From NCBI GenBank assembly GCA_963663405.2, contig CAXXSM010000067.1:1-36818 (forward strand): a DNA stretch of 36,818 bases, read 5' to 3'. A program made the position numbers and the translations under genes. The notes beneath the pieces are model-generated. The model ran no database searches. It was not told the origin of the DNA and saw only the letters and a list, made by a program, of their open reading frames with translations. This document shows, in pieces, positions 29,144-36,818 of this stretch. Each line of letters opens with the position of its first letter. The stretch's first letter is position 1. Origin of the DNA: a bacterium. GTDB lineage: Bacteria; Hinthialibacterota; Hinthialibacteria; Hinthialibacterales; Hinthialibacteraceae.

Positions 29144-29785
29144 CTATTCATCACAATCGAGAGACACTCCCTCATTCTGGGGTGAATATAAAATACCATA
29201 AACAACGCGGTTCCCCGTTGTGCGAGTGGTATCTTTATATCGTTTCTCTAGCAATCGAATCATTTCGCAGGCGTCTTGATTCAAGTTATTGAGACTGACA
29301 TCGATTCCCCTTAACATGACATGCAGTTTAAAATCAGGCATTGTTTCCAGTTGATTGCTGGATAGATCGAGGAGTGTCAATCTCAAGTTTTGAGAAAGGT
29401 CGATATGAGTAAGTTGATTCTTTGAACAGTTTAGAAATGTAAGATCGGTGTTTTTGGTTACATCCAATGCAGTTAATTGATTGTTGGAGCAATCGAGTCC
29501 AGTGATGCTTGTAAAATATTCGATGCCTTCCAACGATTCGATCTTTCGGCCCCGGCAATTCAGCACGTTTTTTTTCTTAGCGGCGTCCGCCTTCAAAAAC
29601 CGGCCATTCGGCCCACACTCCATAAATTCTTGCACAGCTGCCAGAAAATTAGGATCGGGAAAATACGAGGGATTATTAATACTCTGCGCGGCGAAAAAAT
29701 TGGGCAGCGTCTTCCAAAACAACACGGCCAATACGAGTAAGGCAATCCCCCATTCAATCCATAAGGCGGTCTTGATTCGTTTCAT
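29144..29785 (-). CDS. Leucine-rich repeat protein with a pilin-like N-terminal helix (paralog 1)
   Basis: Same 213-aa length and collinear with the neighbour; FPDPNF cap; LDCSNNQL, LNCSKNQL and LDLSSNQL repeats. Confidence 0.85.
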   Translation of the reverse strand: MKRIKTALWIEWGIALLVLAVLFWKTLPNFFAAQSINNPSYFPDPNFLAAVQEFMECGPNGRFLKADAAKKKNVLNCRGRKIESLEGIEYFTSITGLDCSNNQLTALDVTKNTDLTFLNCSKNQLTHIDLSQNLRLTLLDLSSNQLETMPDFKLHVMLRGIDVSLNNLNQDACEMIRLLEKRYKDTTRTTGNRVVYGILYSPQNEGVSLDCDE

Positions 29786-29820
29786 TATTCACGATTCCCC
29801 CTGGTTTCCCCCCACCGATA

Positions 29821-30666
29821 TTACCCGCAGTCGACGAACTCCAATTCCACTTGATGGGGAATGATTCCTTCCTCATAACCTCGATCGAGGAAAAGTTGAT
29901 ACGCTTTCTTGCCGCGTTCGCCTAAGTGCAGCGTCAAATCGTTGACATACATCCCGACAAAGCGGTCGGCTTTCTCTTTCGGCAGATCCCGCCCATACTG
30001 CAAGGCGTGTTCCAGGGCTTCTTCGCGATGATAGAGGCTGTATTCAATGGTTTGGCGCATTAAAGGCGCGATTTGCATAATACGTTCTTTGCCTAGATTC
30101 TTCCGGATCGCATTCGCGCCCAGCGGCAGTGGAAGCCCGCCGGTCTCTTCCGCCCACCATTCGCCCAGATCAATCACCTTATGCAAGCCCTGACTGCCAT
30201 AAATCAGCTGCCCCTCATGAATAATCAAACCCGCGTCCGCTTTGGCGCCCAGCACGGCGGGAATGATTTGATCGAACGGAACGACATCAAACTTGAATTC
30301 ACCAAGACATAAACGAAGAGCCAAATAGGCCGACGTCTTTTTGCCGGGAATCGCGATAGTTTTCGTTTTGAGCGTTTCGAGATCCATCGGTTCTGGAGAG
30401 ACGACGAGTGGACCGTATCCATCGCCCATGCTGCCCCCCGCGGTGAGCAGCGCATAGTGTTGATGCACGTACGTATACGCGTGGACGGAAATGGCGGTGA
30501 TATCCAATTCCCCCACAGCGGCGCGGTGATTCAAGGTTTCAATATCTTGCAGAATATGTTTAAACCGGAGCCCTCCCGTGTCGATTTTATCCTTGGCGAG
30601 CGCGTAAAACATAAACGCGTCATCCGAATCGGGGCTGTGTCCAAGTGTAATTTCGTTCTCATTCAT
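29821..30666 (-). CDS. mqnD: 1,4-dihydroxy-6-naphthoate synthase (futalosine menaquinone pathway)
   Basis: LGHSPDSDDAFMFYAL, DIETLN, AIPGKKTSA, GLIIHEGQ, DLGEWW, LPLPLG, MYVN. Confidence 0.9.
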   Translation of the reverse strand: MNENEITLGHSPDSDDAFMFYALAKDKIDTGGLRFKHILQDIETLNHRAAVGELDITAISVHAYTYVHQHYALLTAGGSMGDGYGPLVVSPEPMDLETLKTKTIAIPGKKTSAYLALRLCLGEFKFDVVPFDQIIPAVLGAKADAGLIIHEGQLIYGSQGLHKVIDLGEWWAEETGGLPLPLGANAIRKNLGKERIMQIAPLMRQTIEYSLYHREEALEHALQYGRDLPKEKADRFVGMYVNDLTLHLGERGKKAYQLFLDRGYEEGIIPHQVELEFVDCG

Positions 30667-30745
30667 TCGCTCGTTTTATTCTCCTTCATTGAATCGCTAT
30701 GGGAATCTGACTATTGTACCCCCTTTAGAGCAAGAGCGAACGGGC

Positions 30746-33700
30746 CTATTCATTACGGGGAACCAGCAAATGCGCTACAGCGTTGGTTTCATGCTCTGCA
30801 TCCGTTAACAACAGAATCGAAACCGCCCGATCTGGATCGATTGAAATATAGACACTCTCCTCTTCCATTTCAGAACTCAACGTTTCATATTGTTTCCATT
30901 CCCCATTGATCAGATCTCCCACGAGTATCTTCGGAACCGCTTGATTTTTCCAATGAATCTCTAATACACCCGGCTCTGTTGGAAAAACAGCAACCGCGCG
31001 GCTCTCATGCAATCCGCGCCGATCCAGCGCCCGCAGCATAATATGCCCTGTCGTTCGAGCCGCGAATTCTCCACATCGCAACTCGCCCATCCCTTCAATC
31101 GCAGATAGCGAACCAGCGGGATCAATCTCGATCAAACCCGTTTGCATACCTTCCAAACTCAATTCCACATCCCCTCCGATCGTCCGTACGCAATAGCTAC
31201 GCGCATGAGAATCTTTATCCAACCGGAACAAGGTATACACCAAAGCGTTCGTATCCTGCTGTGGTATCGAAAATAGATGAAGATTCGGATCGTTTGGGCT
31301 GATGGAGATTGTTTTCAGCTGGGCTTGTTCTAAAAATCGGATGTAAGGATTCTCAATCCATTCATGCGCCGCTTTGAGTTCAACCGGGTATGGAGTAAAA
31401 AACACACGGCCGTTCCCAATCTTTGATATTTGGAAGGGTGGTACTTGCGAGGGAACCGGTTTATCAAAAGGAAACGTTGGCTCAATGGGAGATAAACCGA
31501 GCTGCTCCATCCTCTCCCCGCGCTTCGGATGGCGGAAAGAGTCAAAGGACACATCTCCAGAGAAATAGAGAGTTCCCCCATCGCGAACGAACGAAAGAAC
31601 ACGATCGAAAACCTCATCGCTGGGGCAATAGGGAATCGGCCAAAGAATTGTATGCGCCTCTGGCGGCAGTTCGTGCAGATTCATTTCATTAATAACATTA
31701 AAATTGAGATGCGCGGCAAATAGCAGTTGGATCGAGTTACGAACCGCGCGGAGAATCAATCCACTCTTTGCGCCAAGGCGGTGATGATCGGGAATCAGGA
31801 GATAAACGCCGGTATCTTCATACCGTGGTTGAATCGAAGAGAAGAACAGACTCATATTCCGGTACGCGCTGAGCCAATCCTTTGAAACAAAATCCTGCGC
31901 GTTCGATAATCCCCAAGGAAAGATACAGTCATCAAAATCTTTCAGATCCCAATTCAGCGCAAAACAGCCTCCCATCCCCAGCGTCTCATGCCCCACAGCG
32001 AGGATATGCTGTACAGCGGAGGATGTAGGATCGATGAACCGCCCATGCGTCCGCGCTTCATGCGCGTCCCATGCGCCGAACTCACCCACAGAAAGCCCCT
32101 GATTTCGAAATCGATGGTCAATCTCTTTCAGCACACAAGGGAATTCTTCAAGAGGGCCATGATAGTGTACGTTCGCATAATCCAATGTGTCTTCCGCGAG
32201 CCATTTATCCGCCTCAAAGGAACGCTGCAGGAAACCAACCGTCGCCAATGCGTCCGGCGATCCTTCTTGAATCCCTTTCCGGTTCGCGTCAATCCAACGT
32301 TTCAGAAGCCAGGCCTGGAAACGGTTGTAATCCATAGGGCGGGGATCATTCCATTGATCCGAACCGGATTGACAGGGGATCTCTCCAAGCGGTTCCGAAG
32401 ACGCGAATTCACCCCAAGCCTGCCGCAGTTCCGCATCGGTTCCATATTTCTTTTGAAGGAAGCGGTTCCATAATTCCCGCCGGAGAGGGGTGTCTGTTTT
32501 CAGCATGAATGGCTCATTCTGAATATCGAAGGAAACATGTGGATAATTCTTATACCGATCAGACCAGAATCGCGCCCAATTTCGCTGCGCGTCCAATTCT
32601 TCATCACTCAATTCAACCGGCAGCCAATCATGAAGAGAAAGGATTAACGCGATCCCGTGCCGGGCGCACATGGAAACAAAATCATCCGTCTGCTGGATCA
32701 ATTTTTCCGGCGGAGTCTTTTTCAGATCCATCGAGGTGTGATAGCCACGCCCTTCATACCCCTGCGCGGTGAAAGGCGAAAAGTGAAGAACACGCAACAC
32801 ACGCAATCCGCTATCTCGCATCCGGATCAAATCCTGTTCCCAAACCGCCGGATTCTCACGGGGGGAATACCATATCATTCCGGTCTGGTTGGAGCCGAAA
32901 AGAATCTGCGGCCGATCATTCACCCGGAAATAGTTCTCTTTGAATGTGTAATTCGTTTCACTTATATGATTCAACGGGGATTGAATCAATCCGGTTTTTA
33001 GACAATCTTTAAAATGGCTCTCAATAGCAGCGGTAACGATGATGGGATTGAAACCATCACATAATAACGATGCAGGGATCGCCTGACGAACCTTCCGGAT
33101 TTCTCCAGGCGCGATGGATACAGTCTCTTCCGGCAGCAGTGTTGAATGGATCGATGTCTTTAGCTGGACAGTCCTTTGTTTCTTCCCCAAATTCACAAAC
33201 GTCGAGAGTACAACCGCCTTCCCGTTGGACGAATCAAACACCGCTTCCACACGAACAAGCGCGGTACGGATTCGCATCATGTCAATCGCTTCACGCAGGG
33301 CGTTCAACATTTCCGGATGACGCTTGGAGAATAGATTTTCACTCGTGACACCTGAAAAAGCCCACGCCGATCCACGATAAGGCCCATCGTGATGGATCAT
33401 CAAACTGAATACCGACCCGCGTTTTCGCTTGTATCGATCGTAGGACATAACGAGTGAGTACCACCGCGCGTGAGGCTTTGGAAAAACTGGATTATTGTTT
33501 CCCGTCAAAGCCGTCGCGGGGAATCCACAAAGCGAGACTGGTTTTGACCAATCCGGATCCATCAATGGAGAATCGCTATTATTTCCCATGTACGCAACGC
33601 GCTTGAAAGAATATGTGGGATCGAAGATCACGATCTGATCGGGTCTCAGTTGAATCGTATCTTCCGGTTTCCCACGCCGTCCGGAAAGAAATATTTTCGG

Positions 33701-34105
33701 ATCGTTTGTCTCAACGCTTTTCCATTGATCGCCTTCCCTTTCCATCAAATCATCAAAGGCGTACCCCCCTAACGAAACAAACGCGCCGCCGTTTTTCAAA
33801 TACGAGATCCAATTTTCCCTCGCTTCAATTGGAAAACAGGAGCCATAGGGAAGAATGACTATATCGATCTTTTCGCTCGTAAGTAGAGAGGGATCAACGA
33901 GTTGCTCCGCCGAAAGAAATCGCGCGTCGATCTTGCGCTCCCGGAGGAAATCATGTAATTCAACTGGATCAGCGTGCGAGGCTTCTTTTTGGAAATCCTC
34001 GTTCAATATTCCGATCAGTGGCTCCGCGCCTTGCTCCGCAAAAACAAATCCGGCGCCCATAATAAGTATCGATAGAATAAAAAGTGGGTATTTTTTTAGC
34101 CGCAT
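30746..34105 (-). CDS. Secreted clan GH-A glycoside hydrolase (GH42/GH5-like) with accessory domains
   Basis: Signal peptide; WEQDLIRMRDSGLRVLR; DIQNEP acid/base motif; KYGTDAELRQAWG (GH42-like insert); VGEFG nucleophile; GATase-like segments (YLKNGGAFV, FVRDGGTLYFSG). Confidence 0.75.
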   Translation of the reverse strand: MRLKKYPLFILSILIMGAGFVFAEQGAEPLIGILNEDFQKEASHADPVELHDFLRERKIDARFLSAEQLVDPSLLTSEKIDIVILPYGSCFPIEARENWISYLKNGGAFVSLGGYAFDDLMEREGDQWKSVETNDPKIFLSGRRGKPEDTIQLRPDQIVIFDPTYSFKRVAYMGNNSDSPLMDPDWSKPVSLCGFPATALTGNNNPVFPKPHARWYSLVMSYDRYKRKRGSVFSLMIHHDGPYRGSAWAFSGVTSENLFSKRHPEMLNALREAIDMMRIRTALVRVEAVFDSSNGKAVVLSTFVNLGKKQRTVQLKTSIHSTLLPEETVSIAPGEIRKVRQAIPASLLCDGFNPIIVTAAIESHFKDCLKTGLIQSPLNHISETNYTFKENYFRVNDRPQILFGSNQTGMIWYSPRENPAVWEQDLIRMRDSGLRVLRVLHFSPFTAQGYEGRGYHTSMDLKKTPPEKLIQQTDDFVSMCARHGIALILSLHDWLPVELSDEELDAQRNWARFWSDRYKNYPHVSFDIQNEPFMLKTDTPLRRELWNRFLQKKYGTDAELRQAWGEFASSEPLGEIPCQSGSDQWNDPRPMDYNRFQAWLLKRWIDANRKGIQEGSPDALATVGFLQRSFEADKWLAEDTLDYANVHYHGPLEEFPCVLKEIDHRFRNQGLSVGEFGAWDAHEARTHGRFIDPTSSAVQHILAVGHETLGMGGCFALNWDLKDFDDCIFPWGLSNAQDFVSKDWLSAYRNMSLFFSSIQPRYEDTGVYLLIPDHHRLGAKSGLILRAVRNSIQLLFAAHLNFNVINEMNLHELPPEAHTILWPIPYCPSDEVFDRVLSFVRDGGTLYFSGDVSFDSFRHPKRGERMEQLGLSPIEPTFPFDKPVPSQVPPFQISKIGNGRVFFTPYPVELKAAHEWIENPYIRFLEQAQLKTISISPNDPNLHLFSIPQQDTNALVYTLFRLDKDSHARSYCVRTIGGDVELSLEGMQTGLIEIDPAGSLSAIEGMGELRCGEFAARTTGHIMLRALDRRGLHESRAVAVFPTEPGVLEIHWKNQAVPKILVGDLINGEWKQYETLSSEMEEESVYISIDPDRAVSILLLTDAEHETNAVAHLLVPRNE

Positions 34106-34265
34106 GATATTGTATGACCATTCTCCTGCAAATTATTAAAATAAAATAAGATTCGGCGGTCAAAACCAAAATTCAAGCATCATGTTGGAAGAATCCCCTT
34201 TGGATGGTTCCGTCAATCCGATTATAGAACAAAACAAATTCTGTATAAACGGAAAGGGTATTCAA

Positions 34266-35570
34266 ATGCGATCTTCTTATACCACTCAATTGTTTTCAAT
34301 CCTTTCGACCATCATCATAGTTTTCTCTCAATCCGCAGATTCCAAAACCATCTCGATTCCCAAAGACGCTGAGAGTGTTCAAGAGGCGGTTGAACTGGCT
34401 GTATCGGGGGATGAGATTGTTGTTTCGGCCACCTCAGTTCATTGGACTCGAAGAACACAATCACCTTACTATAGTTCTCCTTTTCTGCAGAGTGATTCAA
34501 AGGGTGTAATTATAATCAATAAAGATATTTCCATCATTGGCAAACCTGGTGAGGGGAAAACACGAATTCAATCAAGTTATGCAAGTTCTCATAATGATAC
34601 AAATACAATGTTATTTGTTAAAAACTCAACTGTTACAATTCAAAATTGTCGTATAGAGCAACCATTAAAAAGTCGATATGTAGGTGGAATTAATGGTGGA
34701 CCAGTTGCCTCTCCTCTATATATAGAATCTGGTCAATTGAGAATCATAGATTGTGTGTTCGGTTGTTGGATCGAATGCAAAAGCAACCTCTTTATTGATC
34801 GTTCTACTATTTATGGATATGCATGGTTGACTGGCTACGTATATATATTACAAAATCTTCAAAATCCCACAATTCAATTCGGTCCTTCAAAAAATGGAAC
34901 GCTTGAAATTCTCAATAGCACAATTGGTAGTAATACTCACGATGGTTATCGAAATATCATTATTGAAAATACAGAAGAAAGTAAACTAATTCTGGTAAAT
35001 AGCGCATTTTCTGGAGGGACTTTTAATGTTGGATACGGTTCTTATCCTGGCGCCAATATTGTAGGTACAGATGCAATCGCAATTGACAACTCTCAAATCC
35101 TTGATCTATCAATTGATGGTTGCTACCTTCAAGGTGGACAAGGATATGATTGCGCATGGCACCGCTTCAGCATAATAGAAGGTGGGGGAAATGGTGGCTC
35201 TGGTCTATCTATCAACAATTCGGATGTAAATATAACGTTCAATAACAATCTATCTTCATTCAGTGGTGGATGTGGTGGATGTGGTTTTGCAATTAAAGAT
35301 CCATATATGATGTACCCAGGTATTTCATATGAACCTTTCATCATTGATGGAGGAGATGGAGGCCATGGGATATCAATAATAAATTCTACAGTTCACGTTA
35401 GTTCAAATACCGGTCAACCATCATTCCAAGCCTATGGCGGTCATGGAGGAGCTGGAGCGCAAAACGAAGACGCGATCGCCCAAATAGGCGATAACGGCCT
35501 GCCCATCTCCATCGACGAAAACTCCACATTCGAAACAACCACTCCAATCCAAGACTGGATGGTATTCTAA
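34266..35570 (+). CDS. Secreted right-handed beta-helix-like protein, Gly-rich, with a C-terminal W-tail (paralog 1)
   Basis: Signal peptide from ATG 34266; TISIPKDAESVQEAVELAVSGDEIVV beta-helix cap; I-x-NS repeats; GGxGG turns; ends ETTTPIQDWMVF. Confidence 0.75.
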   Translation: MRSSYTTQLFSILSTIIIVFSQSADSKTISIPKDAESVQEAVELAVSGDEIVVSATSVHWTRRTQSPYYSSPFLQSDSKGVIIINKDISIIGKPGEGKTRIQSSYASSHNDTNTMLFVKNSTVTIQNCRIEQPLKSRYVGGINGGPVASPLYIESGQLRIIDCVFGCWIECKSNLFIDRSTIYGYAWLTGYVYILQNLQNPTIQFGPSKNGTLEILNSTIGSNTHDGYRNIIIENTEESKLILVNSAFSGGTFNVGYGSYPGANIVGTDAIAIDNSQILDLSIDGCYLQGGQGYDCAWHRFSIIEGGGNGGSGLSINNSDVNITFNNNLSSFSGGCGGCGFAIKDPYMMYPGISYEPFIIDGGDGGHGISIINSTVHVSSNTGQPSFQAYGGHGGAGAQNEDAIAQIGDNGLPISIDENSTFETTTPIQDWMVF

Positions 35571-35587
35571 CCAGTTAGGAGCTAATC

Positions 35588-36818
35588 ATGAACATAACGT
35601 ATTCTAGTAAAACAACCATCATTCTCATCACAATCATACACACATTGATAGCCCAATCCGTGTATTCCAAAACCATCACCATTCCCAAAGACGCGGATAG
35701 TATTCAAGAGGCGGTTGAACTGGCTGTGTCGGGGGATGAGATCGTTGTTGCGACTGATTCTGTGGATTGGACTCGCCTAAGCTATTCAAGAGAATATATG
35801 AGAAGCGATTCACAGGGTGTAAAAGTGATTGATAAAGACCTTGTCATAATTGGAAAACCTGTTGAAGGTAAAACAACCATACGATCAGCCTATCCCAACG
35901 GCCATGATAATACGAACACGATGTTGTTAGTCAAAAACTCCAATGTAACAATCCAAAATTGTTACATTCAAACCCCGTTGAAATCTAGATATGTATCTGC
36001 AATATATGGAGGACTCGTTGCATCTCCTTTATACATAGAATCAGGTCAATTAAAAATTATAGATTGCTCTTTTAATTGTTTGATAGAATGTAAAGGCAGC
36101 CTTGTAATTAATACCTCCACTATCCACGGATATTCATATCTATATGGGGGAGGCTATACGAGTTACAATATTCTTTATCCCGCCATTCTATTTGGCCATT
36201 CAAATAACGAATCTCTTGTAATTCAAAATAGTACAATCAGCGCTAATATTCATGATAGTTATAATAATATTATAATTGATAACGCTCTTGACTCGACACT
36301 TATTTGTAAACAAAGCAGATTTATTGGTGGTACGTATGACGTTGGTTATGGTTCCTATCCTGATTCAAATATACATGGAAGCCATTCTTTTTCTATCGAT
36401 AATTGTCGAAATTTACGAATGTCTATTGATGACTGTATATTTCAAGGAGGCAAAGGATATGACGCTCGTTCTCACCGTCATTTAATTAAGCAAGGAGGTG
36501 GCGATGGAGGCGCAGGTCTTGTAATCAGCAATTCCAATGGAGAGATCGTTTTTGATGGCAGTCCTTCCACATTCATCGGTGGAATCGGTGGAAATGGCTT
36601 GGCAAATCAAGATCCAGTAATTACTCGAATCCCTGTAGCAATCGATGGTGGGCGATGGAGGCGCGGGAATCGCTCTACACAATTCTTCCATGCAAGTTAT
36701 ATCCAAAATCTACAAGAACCATTCCATGCCAAGGCGGATTAGGTGGGAGCGGTTATGAATACAACAGCCCCTATTACGGGGTACTAATCACGGAAGATGG
36801 AGAAGACGGCCTACCCGT
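35588..36818 (+). CDS. Secreted beta-helix-like protein (paralog 2); frameshifted near 36650-36730 and running off the window
   Basis: Collinear with paralog 1. Homology continues in other frames after 36650 (DGGAGIALHNS, GGLGGSG...GEDGLP), so the stop at 36742 is probably not real. Confidence 0.75.

Noticed and set aside
436-34500. Numerous 60-160 aa antisense or alternate-frame ORFs in the track
   Set aside because: They overlap well-supported genes and lack motifs. The exceptions are fragments of the frameshifted sulfatase and CotH genes.
36650-36742. Real C-terminus RWRRGNRS...KAD of paralog 2
   Set aside because: Homology to paralog 1 continues in shifted frames. Three single-base run-length corrections restore it.

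Overview
Bacterial chromosomal window with moderate GC and several AT-rich islets. Gene content (Tat-exported sulfatases and a Gfo/Idh/MocA enzyme, a PQQ-propeller/methyltransferase fusion, URO-D family, CotH surface protein, mqnD) suggests a polysaccharide-degrading diderm of the PVC-like or candidate-phylum type; this is inference only. Recognisable genes: hybrid PAS histidine kinase (5' truncated), ABC-2 exporter with one permease split in two, msrC, two sulfatases, a TrmH/TrmJ methyltransferase, two type II toxin-antitoxin pairs, an acyltransferase-3, mtnA, rsmA, mqnD and a clan GH-A glycosidase. No rRNA, tRNA, CRISPR, integrase or transposase was seen. Strongest unexplained signals: (1) two unrelated secreted proteins end in the same 12-residue tail, ET-x-T-x-[IV]-x-[DE]-W-x-[IV]-x-COOH, a candidate C-terminal sorting signal; (2) a 382-bp orphan copy of a gene's 3' end (10 differences, 8 synonymous) brackets a parDE module with no mobility gene; (3) two tandem LRR proteins have type IV pilin-like N-termini (E5/P22 spacing) without the canonical cleavage site. 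Three genes carry homopolymer-type frameshifts that are probably sequencing errors.
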